From: Heterodontus francisci
Lineage: Eukaryota
Length of the DNA: 64,000 nucleotides
Assembly: GCF_036365525.1 (NCBI RefSeq)
Contig: NC_090386.1
Location: 30,002,757-30,066,756, forward strand
Direction: 5' to 3'
The notes beneath the pieces are model-generated. The model ran no database searches and was not told the origin of the DNA. It worked only from the letters and a program-made list of their open reading frames with translations. Made by a program: the position numbers and the translations under genes. Positions 35,425 through 48,601 of the stretch are shown here, piece after piece; the first letter of the stretch is position 1; every line of letters starts with the position of its first letter.

Positions 35425-37613
35425 TAGAGTCATATTTATACTGCACAGAAACAGGCCCTTCAGCCCATCGTGTCTGTGCTGGCCATCAAGCACCTAACTA
35501 TTCTAATCCCATTTTCCAGCACTTGGCCCGTAGCCCTGTATGCTATGGCATTTCAAGTGCTCATCTAAATACTTGTTAAATGTTGTGAGGGTTCCTGCCT
35601 CCTCCACCCCTTCAGGCAGTGCATTCCAAATTCCAACCACCCTCTGAGTGGAAATGCTTTTCATCAAATCCCCTCTAAACCTCCTGCCCCTTACGTTAAA
35701 TCTAGGCCCCCGGTTATTGATCCCTCCGCTAAGGGAAACAGTTTCTTCCTACCTATCTAACCTATCAATGCCCCTCAATTTTGTATCCCTCAATCATGTT
35801 CCCCCTCAGCCATCTCTGCTCTAAGGAAAACAACCCTAGCCAATCCAGTCTCTCTTCATAGCTGAAATGCTCCAGCCCAGGCAACATCCTGGTGAATCTC
35901 CTCTACACCCTCTCCAGCGCAATCACATCCTTCCTATAGTGTGGTGCCCAGAACTGTACACAGTACTCCAGCTGTGGCCTAACTAATGTTTTATACAGTT
36001 CCATCATAACCTCCCTGCTCTTGTATTCTGTGCCTCAGCTAATAAAGGCAAGCATCCCATATGCCTTTCTAACCACCCTATCTACTTGTGCTGCTGCCTT
36101 CAGTGATCTATGGACAAGTACACCAAGGTCCCTCTGACCCTCTGTACTCCCTCGGGTCCGACCATCCATTGTATATTCCCTTGCCTTGTTAGTCCTCCCA
36201 AAATGCATCACCTCACACTTCTCCGGATTAAATTACATTTGTCACAGCTCCGCCCATTTTAACAGTCCATCTATATCGTCCTGTAATCTAAGGATTTCCT
36301 CCTCCCTATTTACGACACCACCAGTTTTCGCGACATCTGTGAACTTACTGATCATACCTCCTATATTCACATCTAAATCATTAATATACACTACAAACAT
36401 CAAGGGTCCTAGCACATATCCCTGCGATACACCGCTGGTCACTGGCTTCCACCCGCAAAAACAACCCTCAGCCATCACCCTCTGCTACCTGCCGCTAAGC
36501 CAATTTTGGATCCAATTCGCCAAATTGCTCTGGATCCCATGGGCTCTTACCTCCTTAACCAATCTCCCATGCGGGACCTTATCAAAAGTCTTATTGAAGT
36601 CCACGTAGACTACATCAACTGTTTTACCCTCATCTGCACATCTAGTCAAGTGCCTCGAAAAATTCAATCAAGTTAGTTAGATATGATCTCCCTCTGACAA
36701 AGCCATGCTGACTATCCCTGATTAATCCCTGCCTCTCCAAGTGGAGATTAATCTTGTTGCACAGAATTTTTCCAATAGTTTCTCAACCACTGATGTTAGA
36801 CTTACCGGCCTGTAATTGCCTGGCTTATCCATGCTACCCTTCTTGAATAATGGTACCACATTCGCTGTCCTCCAATCCTCTGGTACCTCTCCTGTGGCCA
36901 GAGAGGATTTGAAAATTTGTGTCAGAGCCCCTGCTTTCTCCTCCCTTGTCTCACATGAGATGCATCTCATCTGGGCCTGGGGATTTATCCACTTTTAAGC
37001 CTGCTAAAACAGCTAATACTTCCTCCTTTTCAATGCTATTATGTTCAAGTATATCACAATCCCCCTCCCTAATCTCTACACCTGCATTGTTCTTCTCCAT
37101 AGTGAACACAGATGAAAAGTAATCATTTAAAGCCTCACCTATGTCCTCCGGCTCCACACACACTTTGCCACTTTGGTCCCGAATGGGCCCTACTCTTTGG
37201 TTATTCTCTTGCCCTTAATATACTTATAAAACACCGTGGGATTTTCCTTTATCTTGCCCGCCAGTGTTTTTTCATGTATCCTCTTCGCTGTCCTAATTAC
37301 TTTTTTAAGTACCCCCCCTACACTTACTATACTTCTCTATGGCCTCTGCTGTTTTCAGCACTCTGAATCTGCCAGAAGCCTCCTTTTTGTTTTCCTGATC
37401 CAATCCTCTATATCCCTTAACATCCAGGGTTCCCTGGACTTGTTGGTCTTGCCCTTCACCTTAACGGGTACATGTTGGCTCTGAACTCTCACTATTTCCT
37501 CTTTGAATAGTTCCCACTGGTCAGATGTAGACTTTCCTGCAAGTAGCTGCTCCCAGTCCACTTTGGCCAGATCCTGTTTTATCATATTGAAATCGGCCTT
37601 CCCCCAATTCAGA
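35425..37613 (-). mobile_element. CR1 LINE (HER1-like), 5'-truncated
   Basis: KVDKSPGPDEMH, NYRPVSLTSVV, YVDFNKTFDKVPH, SQGYVLGPLMF, and a 3' tail near 35425. Confidence 0.92.
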
Positions 37614-37624
37614 AGTGAAGAAGT

Positions 37625-38180
37625 GATGCTTCAGTTTTAGAGCTTTGGTCAACTGCACTTGAATACTGTGTTCACCTCGGAGAACTGTACCTCAGGAAAA
37701 TTACATTGAAAGAGATACAGCACAGATTCGTCAGAATCGTACAAGTGTTAATTATGAGCAAGGGTGCATAACCTTTACTGCATTCCCTTGAGTTTAGAAA
37801 GGTGATCTAACTGAGGCATTTAAAATGATAGAGATTTGCTAAGATAGATGCAGAGAAATTATTTCCTCAAGTGGAGGAATCCAAAACAAGTTAGCATAAT
37901 AAAATTAGAGCAAGGCCACTTAGGATTGAAATCAGGAAGCATTTTTTCCACACAAATGAGAGTGAAAATCTGGAACTTTTCTCTCCCCAAAAATGTCTCT
38001 GGTTGCTCAGCCACTTGAAATTTTTAAGACTGAATTCAATAGGTTTTTGTTACGTAAAGATATCCAATGATATGGAGAATAGCTGAGTTAATGGAATAGA
38101 GGTACAGATCAACCATGATCTAATTGAATGACAGAACTGGAGTGAGGGGCTGAATGGCTTATTCCTGTTTCGATGTTCCC
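37625..38180 (+). mobile_element. Degenerate CR1 3' fragment
   Basis: cacttgaatactgtgttc (HLEYCV), cttgagtttagaa and a CR1-type 3' UTR. Confidence 0.65.
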
Positions 38181-38774
38181 AAAAGAAATGATTGTTGTTC
38201 CACCCATAATGTTACTGTGGCAGTGGCTGACCATTTTTGACAAAGTGAGGCATACGTTCTAGGTGCCAGTTTATTACTGTTGCAGCGAGTCTTCACGAGT
38301 GCAGTCAACTACATCTTTACAAAGTGTTATAATTGTTGGAGTTATTTTTTTTAATTTGAAGTTTTTTTTATGGTCTTATTCAGGTGGCATTTTAGAATCC
38401 CAAATAGTTTGCTCAAATCAGAGACTTAATGTTTGATTTCTGTTCTTGAGCACTTTTAAACTGAATTAGTTTTTAAACGGAAACAAGTAAACAATACCAG
38501 TGGTGAACAGGGTCAGCTATAGGCGATATAACCCCATGCACCCTAACTCTGATAACTGGTTAGAGGAGTGGCAAGAAACAGAAAGGAAAAGCTAGAGCCG
38601 CAGGAACTCTGAAGGCAATCTCAAATTGGAATTGCAAATAATTTTGGGTGAGACAATGCCTCTGCTATACTATAATCGCATCATTGAAGAATATGGCATT
38701 GTTGAGCTGCTTATTTGTACAGTATTCGTGGGCATTTTGAAATGCAGGTTTGTAACGAGCGATTTAGCAAGTGT

Positions 38775-39220
38775 TCTCTCTCTCCCTCTCTCTCTCTCTC
38801 TTTTTCTCTCTTCTCTCTTCTCTTCTCTTCTATCTCTCTTTCNNNNNNNNNNNNNNNNNNNNNNNNNNNNNNNNNNNNNNNNNNNNNNNNNNNNNNNNNN
38901 NNNNNNNNNNNNNNNNNNNNNNNNNNNNNNNNNNNNNNNNNNNNNNNNNNNNNNNNNNNNNNNNNNNNNNNNNNNNNNNNNNNNNNNNNNNNNNNNNNNN
39001 NNNNNNNNNNNNNNNNNNNNNNNNNNNNNNNNNNNNNNNNNNNNNNNNNNNNNNNNNNNNNNNNNNNNNNNNNNNNNNNNNNNNNNNNNNNNNNNNNNNN
39101 NNNNNNNNNNNNNNNNNNNNNNNNNNNNNNNNNNNNNNNNNNNNNNNNNNNNNNNNNNNNNGCGCTCTCGCTCTCTCTCCCTCCCGCTTCCCCGCGTGCG
39201 CGCATGCGCTCTCTCTCTGA
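38775..39220. repeat. (CT)n-rich microsatellite spanning a 319-N assembly gap (38843-39161)
   Basis: CT-rich flanks on both sides of the N run. Confidence 0.9.
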
Positions 39221-39689
39221 GGAAACAACAAAGGGATATTGATGAGATGGGGGAAATTGGCTTAAAAAAAAAGGAATATAGAATTCTGTCTAAGTGAGGT
39301 AATACATTGTGGTTTAAGTAAAAATAACTGCAGCAATTTCTGTAAGTGGCAGTATGCTCAGTGCTGTGTAAGAGCAAAGGAATTTTGCGGTACAGAAATT
39401 CAAGGCAGCACCTTGGGTAGATAAGGCTGTACAAATGTTAATAGAATTGGATGCCAGAAAGAAGGACATTGGAATAATCAAAAGTATGTTTAAGGGTTTC
39501 AGTGCTATGGGCAAAGACTGGCAACATCAGTCTTGATTGACAGGTGGTGTTTAAAGCTCAACTAGGTGTTAAACGAAATACCAAGCTTTCGCGCAATCTC
39601 ATTTAATTGAGAAAGTGTCCGGGAATAACAGTGAAATTGATTGTAAGGTTTACATCGGTACAGAAAAAATTTCGGTGGTCTTGCTAAGT

Positions 39690-39900
39690 TGGAAAAAGTA
39701 GTGTCATATCCATGGCTTGATGCTGGACGAGCAAATTAATAGTACAAGAGGTCATCATTGGGTTGAGAAAGGTAGTGGGAGAGGTAAAGCTGAATGTCAT
39801 CAGCATACATATGAAACTGATCCTGTGCCTGCAGATTATGGTGAGCATCAATATATAGATGAACCAAGGATGGAACACTGGAGGCAACGGAACAATGCTC
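39690..39900 (-). mobile_element. L2 RT fragment
   Basis: FHMYADDIQLYLS. Confidence 0.7.
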
Positions 39901-40029
39901 CAAAAATGCTGAATGATTTTTTGGCAAATGTTCATTCAGGAATTTGTGTTAAATATCAAGAACAAGAGTTTCGTTGTGATGAGAGTAAGTTCTTTAATTT
40001 TGTTTTGCTTTGTTTAAGTATGATTAGTA

Positions 40030-41510
40030 GTATAACATGGAATAAAGGAAAGTGAGAGCGTGGATACAAAGTTGGCTGAGTGACAGGAAATGGTAGTGGT
40101 GAAGAGTCGTTTTCCAGATTGGAAGAACGTATACAATGGGGTTTCCTGGTGTCAGTACTAGGACCATTGCTTTTCTTAGTACATATTAATGATCTAGACT
40201 TGGGTGTACAGGGCAAAATTTGAAAATTTGCAGATGACCTAAAACTTGGAAATATTGTGAACTGAGGACAATAACTCCGCTTACATATAGTTATTTTAAC
40301 AATATTTAAAGCATTATTACTCATAATCACTTCTAATTAAGCTTATACTTTTTAAGACACTACACCAAGCAGTGAACTATCTTACCAAATTACCTTGGGT
40401 CTGCAATCACATGTCGGCCAGACCAGGTAAGGACAGAGTAATTCTTTTTTCACCCAGAGGGTGGTTGGAATCTGGAACACACTACCTGAAGGGGTGGTAG
40501 AGGCAGGAATTCTAAACATTTAAGAAGTATTTAGATGAGCACTTGAAACGCCATAGTGTATAAGGCTACGGGCCAAGTGCTGGAAAATGGGGTTAGAATA
40601 GATAGGTGCTTGATGACCGGCACAGACACATCACATTGGGCCGAAGGGCCTGTTTCTGTGCTGTATAACTCTGACTCTATGACTTCAGGAGGGCATGCAC
40701 AGGCTCGGGAAATGACATTTAAGTGAAGTGATACACTTTGGTAGGAAAAACAAGGAGAGACAATATAAAATAAAAGGCCTATTTCTAAAAGGGGTGCAGG
40801 AGCAGAGACACCTGGGGGGTATATGTCCACAAATTGTCGAAGGTGGCGTGATAGTTTGACAAAGTGGTTAAAAGACATATGGGATCTTGGGCTTTAGAAA
40901 TAGAGGAATAGAGTATAAAAACGAGGAAGTTATAAAGGTTCAGCATAAAACACTGGTTCAGCCTCAACTGGAGTATTGTCTAGTTCTGACACCACACTTT
41001 AGGAAGGATCGGAAGGCTTTAGAGAGGGTGCAGAGAAGATTTACGAGAATGGTTCCTGGGCTGAGGGACCACCTGTCAATCCAAACTGCTGATGTTTGCC
41101 TGTGGATAGATTTGTGAAGTTGGGGCTGTTCTCCTTAGAGAAGAGATTTGATAGAGGTGTTCAAAATCATGATGGGTCTGGACAAAGTAGATAGGGAGCA
41201 GCTGTTGCAATTGTTCGAGAATCAAAGAGCACTGATTTAAGGTGAGTGGCAAAAGAACCAGCAGCAATATGGGGGAAAAACTTCTTTATGCAGCGAGTAC
41301 TTAGGATCTGGTATGCATTGTCTGAGTGTTTGGTGGAGGCAGATTCAATCGTGGCTTTTAAAAGCCAATTGGATAAGCCCCTAAAGATAATTATTTACAG
41401 AGCTGCAAGGAAAGAGCCGGGGAATGGGACTATTTGAGTTGCTTGTGTATAGAGTTGGCATGGACACGATGGACAAAATGGCCGCCTCCTGTGTTGTAAC
41501 AATTCTGTGA
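40030..41510 (+). mobile_element. Decayed CR1 with a nested second CR1 3' end (about 40440-40680)
   Basis: aaatttgcagatgac (KFADD), LVQPQLEYC, ALERVQRRFTRMVPG, and two separate 3' UTRs. Confidence 0.78.
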
Positions 41511-42075
41511 TAACATGGGTACAAAAGTACCTTATTCATCTCACATCTGACTGCTGCTGAAGCACCTACAGATAATAACAGTGACCAGCATGACTGCAAT
41601 CAGAAAAAATGTTTGATTCTTTGTTTGAAAAGGTTGCTACCTATGTTGGACTTAAGTCTTTCAGACTTGTTTTGTACTGTTCTAACAAAATAATAACATT
41701 GTGGCACTGTTTCTGTGATAAACGTTCTGTCATTTGTTGATGGAGAAGAATAACAGACTGTGCCAAAAATGTAACCAGCTGTATTGACCACCAGTTTTTT
41801 TTAAAAAAGCAATTACGTTTGTGTATTATATAGATGTAGGGCAATCTGAGTAGTGTTGCCTTTTTCTTTGTACTGTCTACTCCCAAAAATTCAGTCATGA
41901 GCTAAAGGAAATTCAAATTATCCAGTAAGCTGAATTAAACAACATAACACAAAATGGGAATTTCAGATAATTTGAATGACTTAATTAAGTGATTTTAATT
42001 AATAATCTACTGCGTACTTGAAATGTTGAAGTACAGGGTTGCAAAGCCTGCAGATTGGGAGAAAAATGACATGTA

Positions 42076-42742
42076 GGGCTGAATTTTCACTTTGGGGGTG
42101 GGAAACAGGAGCTAGGACTGTTTGCGGGTCCCAAACCCACCTCAGCGGGGAAACATAGAGTCAGATTCCGGGTCCCAATTAAGGGCTGTGGGGTGAGATT
42201 TCGAAGATGGATGGCCAATCAGAGGCCTTCCAGCTTGAGAAGAACACCCGGCTACAGTTAAAAAGTAGGTAACTGAGAGGGTGCTTCAGCGTGAGTTTGT
42301 CTTCTCAGCCAGTTAAAAAATTTTTAATTAAATAGTGCAAGCAACTGGGCCTCCACTGTTGCAGGGTGTGGAGGAATTGTGGCATTTAGCTGCACTCATC
42401 CCCAGGTAGGCAGGGAGGGCCTGTGGGCCTGCCTGGAGCACTGGCATCGAGGCCTTCTGCTGGGTAACATCCTCCCTGCAGTTGATCGATGCCCCCAGCC
42501 CCCCATCAAGTTGGGAAACTGGAGGCCAACTGGAAAATCCCAGTCGGCCTCCTTAATTTGGCTTTAGCAAGATTCTTAATGAGCCTAATAGGCTGCCCTC
42601 CTCATGGGGTTGGTCAGCCACACCAGCCCAAGCCTGCCTTATTTAAAATATCTGACCCCAGGAATGGAATTGGGAAACCGGCATGCCAGCTGGTTCCGGT
42701 ATTTTCAGGCTCCTGATCTCAGCAGGCTCTCAAATCCTGCCC
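42076..42742. mobile_element. Possible Harbinger-like MITE
   Basis: Ends gggctgaattt and aaatcctgccc with a GC-rich interior like 48086-48601; no clear TSD. Confidence 0.45.
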
Positions 42743-45132
42743 AAATCCTGTTTCCGTGGTAAGAATCAGCTTTTCTGTTTGTGGCTCAAACTTATGCATC
42801 AGTTTTTCACAGAATTGTTACAGTGCAGAAGGAGGCCATTCGGCCATCATCTCCACACCGGCTCTCCGAAAGAGCAATTCGCACAGTTCCATTCCCCCAC
42901 CTTCCCGTAACCCTGCACATTCTTCCTTGTCATATAAATGTCTAATTCCCTTTTGAATGCTTCAATTGAACCTGCCTCCACCACACTCTCAGGCAGTGCA
43001 CTCCATTTAATTGGAGGGAAATGTTGGATTAATGACCAGATGCAGATGAAATATTATTGGTCAAACAAGAATGTAATATTTCGCAAGATGAGTTTGACAG
43101 GTATTTTCAGTTTGCTGTTTCGATGTTTTTATCGACGTGTTTTAACATTGGTTGCTTAAAAAAAACCTGAATTGTTCATGTTTTCTTATTTGGCTAAATG
43201 CTCTAAAGTGATGGAATAGCACTGCTTGGAATAGTATTCATAGGAATTGCAGAATATGAATGGTTGACCTTTATTGCACAAATACCTTTACTAATGTGTA
43301 TCGTTTGCTTGCTGCTTTACTGTTGCTAGTGTTCTTTAATCAAGGTGATAGCAGTCATTATGGGACCTGTATGGGGAAAATCAAACCAGGCCTCTGTGGG
43401 ACAAATAAGAAGAACCAGCAAAAAAGATTACATGACATAAACTAGTGTTGCCCAAAATTCTGGTTTTCAAAATCCAGTGAATTCTATTTACTTGCTTTTA
43501 ACTGCCACTTAACCCTTTCAGTTCCAGTGTTTTCAGTGAGCTCTTCAATTTACTCCAATAGCACACTATTAAGGTTGAAGTTTGTTGCTGGACCTGCCAA
43601 TCATGTCCAAGTCTTAACAGTTCTGTCCATTTAAGCAGTTTACTCGAAATACCGGTGCAATTACAGCAGCATATTAGATTTGTTTAATAGAAAATAATTT
43701 CAAGCTGATTTTATTTCTGAGGAAAATTGCCTCCGATTTAAAATTAAGTGTTACTTCATGCTTCAGTCTTTTCTTTTGGCTGACAGAGAGAATGTTAGGA
43801 ATCCATTTCGAATCCTTTTAATCTTTGGCACCTAGTGATTTTTTCCAATCTGGCTTCCCTGATTTCCCAGAAGAGAGTATTGAGCACAGACAGATATTAC
43901 TGCCAACATTGCAGCAATATGGTTCATTTTAATAATCCACAACAAAATGAAAACATCATCTGGAGTCTGCTGCCAGGTTTGAGTGCATTTGGGTGTTCGG
44001 TGGATGGCACTTTATAAGGCCAAATCTTCAAAATTACTGTATCCCATAAATATGTATTTCCAGAAATGGGGGGTTTCTCACATCGGGATCTCTGGTCTCC
44101 TGATCAGTCAGTTGTCCATATGACGAGAAGAGTTGGGTTTATAGGTGTTATAATGGAAGTCCTCTTAAAAATCAGTGGCATATGATATTAAATGGGGTTT
44201 GCAGTTCTCTGAGCTAGGTTTATATTATAGCTGGACAGTTTAAAAATTGGAGTTTTTTTGATTTAATTATTTTTTTAAATGTTAATTTTGAATGGGCTCC
44301 CTTTTGGCGTTTGGAGAAAATGTTGAAACCCTAACCCAAGTTCTGATTGGGCATTACTGACACTGACAACCTAATATCAGAAAACACTTGGAATCTCATG
44401 AGTAGAGAAGCGTCCTTAAAATTTTTCTTAAAAAAGGAGAGCATGTGATTATTTTTGTTGAAAATCCATCTAAACCATTCCTAATCTGTGCTTTTCTGTC
44501 TCTGTTGCGGGTAATTATGGACCTTACTTGGCTTTGTGCTGGGAAAATGATTTTGTTTAAATGAAAAGGATTCTAATTTGATCCTTTCTTAAAATCTTAA
44601 ACTGTGCAGTAGCTTTTGGATGTTAACTAAGTTCCTGCACAAAGAAGTGGAGTTGGGCCATTTTAATGTATTTTGTTCTGAAGTCTATAGATAAGAGAAT
44701 TTTTGTATTCATTCTTGATTTTCTTAGTAGTTATAACTATTTCATTATTCTGATTGTTCATGATAACTTCTTTGAGGCTTACTTTTTAAAAAAATAAATA
44801 CTGCCATACTTTGCTGTTCATGATGAGGGGCCCAAGCTGAATAATAGAGCAGAGAATCTTCTACTTTTTGAGCTGACTGTTAGTATTGAGGAATCCTGAG
44901 TGCATACAATTTAAACATAATGCAAAACACTTCAGCTCCTTAGGAAAGGTCTTAGATCTGAAATCTTGAATGACTCACTTCTGTGTTTCCACAGATGCTG
45001 TCTACCCTGCCAAGTATTTCCAGCTTTTATTGTTTTTGTTTTCAGGTGTACTTTAACTGTACATATCCATAAAGTGTGCCTGTATGTGATTTCCTATCTG
45101 TTGTCATGTATTGCTTTGAATTTTGGACTTTG

Positions 45133-45361
45133 AAGAAAGGTGTTGACCAATGTTGAAATCACAGCTCTTTTTTTGATTTGAAGAGCATTCACTGTATTGT
45201 GGCAAGATCAGGCTGGAAACATGAGACTTCCCAATAAATAATGAAGTGCTACCATCCAAAAACAAGGAAGTATCATGTTTCTGGCCCGATCTTGCCACAA
45301 TACAGTGAGTGTTCTTCACATCAATAGAGCTGTGATTTCAACATTGGTCAACACCTTTCTT
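45133..45361. repeat. Long inverted repeat (about 95-100-bp arms, 34-nt spacer)
   Basis: 45133-45168 is the perfect reverse complement of 45326-45361; 45173-45231 pairs with 45266-45324 with 7 mismatches. Confidence 0.92.
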
Positions 45362-46792
45362 CCGTATTGAGCAGTTTAGTGTGAAATATCATCTGGACCA
45401 TGATGTAATCTGGATTAAATCTTATACAGCATAAATGACAACTGATAATGCATTTGACGATCTGAAAGGTGGTAGTTCAACCCCTTCCTACCATTGAAAG
45501 TTCAGGTTGGATTGAAAGAAGATAAATCTGCTTTAGCCAAAAATAATTTTATGATACCATTTACCTAAAATGGTGGTTTAAGTAACATAGCATTGAGGAA
45601 GAACCTGTTATCATCCAACATAAATGCCAAATAAAAAACCTGACCTGAAAGTTTTATAACGTGATTAAGGATATAGTGCAACTCACGAGCATTTTCTAGA
45701 TCAAGCTCTTGGACAAATTGCAGCTGACCAAGTGGCAGGCATGAGCATCCTCAATCAATCTAACCTGTTGAAGCATTAATCTGGTAAAAGATTACCTAAT
45801 TTGTGGTGTGGAGTACATTTTTAAAACCTGCCCAACAGTTCTTCACGTATCCTCTGTCATGCTGGTTGTAAACTGTCATAATAAAATTAACTACCATTAA
45901 GGGGAAAACTTGATGTTGCAAACACAGTGGGCCCTATTTTAATTCACTCAAAATCCATTTACTTACGCAGTTAAAATTGTGCCCAATCTAAGGTGGAGCC
46001 TATTCCTTCAGTACTTTGTTTCCTAGCGCTAATTAATATCGTTACCAAGTGAAACCAAAGTTTCAAAGTAAATGTTTAACTTATTTGTAGCAAGAATAAT
46101 TTGTGAATCTTTTCATTTGACCTCACCATGAGTCTCATTGCTGGGAGAAATACATAGGAAAACTTAAAACATTAACCAAATGCTATTTTCTACTGATAAA
46201 CGGGAGTTAACTGCGAATGTTTGTTCTACACCCTGTTGAATCGGGGTAAAGCTCAAAGATGCAATGCTGATCAGACTAACACTATAAGGTGATGAAAAGC
46301 AGCAGACCATCTCTTCAAAGCAATTAATGACCGCCAGTTTAATGAAAAATGTGTATTTGGGAACATCTTTGTAGATGAAATAGTAATTAATGCTAGGAGT
46401 TTAAGGACTAGAATATTGTAGGAATCAAATTTAAGATACTTAGGGTTTTCCTTCCTTCAGTTTAAATATTTCAATCTTTTGCTGATTTCATCAATCAAGT
46501 TACGATGGAATAGATGCTGTAGATAGTCAGTTAGTGAGGCTGGAATACAATGTTTCCTCGAAGCTGCACGGGTGTCGCACAGGGAACAAACAAGCCACGA
46601 TTGAGCAACGTTCCCTTGAAGATGCATACATTCTTGGCCATGCCTCTGTCCTAAAGGGACTGTGCAGTGCAACAAGCCTTTCATGCACAGCAAACAGAAA
46701 TTAGAGGAAACATTGGAATGAAGTCATGGAGTCAAAATTTATGAAGGTGGAATGGAATACTGGAGTCAAAATTTGTGAGGGTGGAATGGAGT

Positions 46793-48010
46793 ACATAGAA
46801 CATAATAAATAGAAGCAGGAGAAAGCCATACAGCACTTCAAGTCTGCTCTGCCATTCAATAAGATCATGGTCTATCCCTATTCTGTTGATTTCCTTAGTG
46901 CCCACGAATCTTTCAATCTGTCTTGTATATACTCGAGCATCCACTCCTCTGGGGTCAAGAATTCTAAAGCTTCACAAGCCCCAAGTGAAGAAATGACCAT
47001 TCTTCTGAGTCCTAAACAGCTGACCCCTTATCCTGAGGCTATGACCTCTAGTTCAAAACACTCCAGCCAGGGGGAACAATCTCTCGTGCCAAACCTTTCT
47101 GTGATTTATGTATCAGGCTACCCAAATACTCCTGAATACCAACAGTTGATAGTTTCTCACCTTTTAAAAAAAAAAAAATTCTGCTTTTCTATTTTTCCTA
47201 CCAAAGTGGATAATTTCACACTTCCACACATTATACTCTCTCTGCTACCTTCTTGCCCGATCAGCCTTTTTGCTGCATCCTCACAGTTTGCTTTCCCAGC
47301 TTTGTATCGTCAACAAACTTTAATACATTACACTCAGTTCCCTCATCAAAGACAGTAATATAGATGCTAAGGTCCAAAACTGATCCTTGTGACATTCCAC
47401 TAGTTCTGTTCTGCCCCCCAAAATGACCTGTTTATTCCTACTTTCTGTTAACTGTCCATAACCCAATCCTCCGTGCATGTTAAAATAATACCCCAAATCC
47501 CATAAGCCGTAATCTTGTGTCACAACTTCTTGTGTGGCACCTTATCGAATGCCTTCTCAAAAATCTAAATATACGATATCCATTGGCTCTCCCCTAACCT
47601 TTCCTGCTAGTTACACCCTCAAAAAAAACACAGTATATTTACTAAATACGATTTCCTGTCATAAAACTGTTGATTCTGCCAAATCATGTGATTTTCCACG
47701 TGCCATTTTACCACGTCCCTAATAATAGATCCTAGCACTTGCCCTACTACTGATTTCAGACTAACTAGCTTATAGTTTCTTGTGTTTTCTCTCCCTCCTT
47801 TCTTGAACAGTGGTGTTACATTGGTTCCCATGGATTGGAAGGTAACAATTCTAGAATCTAGGGAATTCTGAAAGATCAAAACTACTATCTTTGCAGCCTT
47901 TGTTGTTAAAACCCAAGGATATAAGCCATCAGGTCTAGGGGATTTGTTGCTTTTCATCCCATTAATTTCTTCAGTACTACTACTTCGCTAATGACCCTTT
48001 AAGTTCCTCA
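46793..48010 (-). mobile_element. Decayed, internally deleted CR1
   Basis: catagaacataata tail, KSPRPDGLYP and NYKLVSLKSVVG. Confidence 0.78.
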
Positions 48011-48085
48011 TTGGAACAGAATCGGAATTCTGGTGGAATAGAGTACTTGATCAGGAATGAATATTGTATGAGGGTGAGGGGCATA

Positions 48086-48601
48086 GGCTGGGATTTTACG
48101 AGCCTATTGGAGATGTGTTAGGAGGCGAGAGGGCTGGTAAAAATGGCAGCAGAAGGCATCAGGAGGGAAGCCCGATGTCTGCCTGTCGCCATGGGATATT
48201 CCCAGAAGTAGGAACAGCAGTGGCTCGACTGCCTACCAACTGGAGGTGAACGGCCAATTAATCCACTTTTCTGGCATTGGGATGCCCCCTCGCTTTCCCC
48301 ACACATTGCCCTGTGAGGGGTCCGCCAGCTTTGTTTAGGTGGCTTCCTGGTAGGGTTCGTCTTTTCTGGATATTCAGTGACCCACAGAGGAACCCCTGAC
48401 GGCAATGGCTGCCGCTGATTGGACCAGCAGCTCGGAGAGGCAGGCCACCTCCTTAATTTGATGGCGCTCCTAGCAGCAGCCTTTTAATTGGCAGACGCCA
48501 GTAAAATCCCTTCCACAGTCCCACCATTCACCCACGCGGGCTTGGAGCTCACATTTTGTCCTGGTAGCGGGACCCACAGCATGCCGATTAAAATTCCAGC
48601 C
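48086..48601. mobile_element. PIF/Harbinger-like MITE
   Basis: TIRs ggctgggatttta and taaaattccagcc; 3-bp TSD ata (48083-85, 48602-04). Confidence 0.7.

Noticed and set aside
38626-39434. Long ORFs of 133-254 aa in six frames
   Set aside because: Artefacts of the N gap and flanking CT microsatellite.
45693-45735. FLDQALGQIAADQ followed by gt, superficially like GNAS exon 7 (FLDK...SDQ)
   Set aside because: Wrong length (about 40 versus 55 nt), no AG acceptor or pyrimidine tract, and poor internal similarity.
46727-46794. 34-bp tandem duplication (also a 14-bp duplication near 21000 and AATT repeats at 7330-7375)
   Set aside because: Ordinary replication-slippage duplications.
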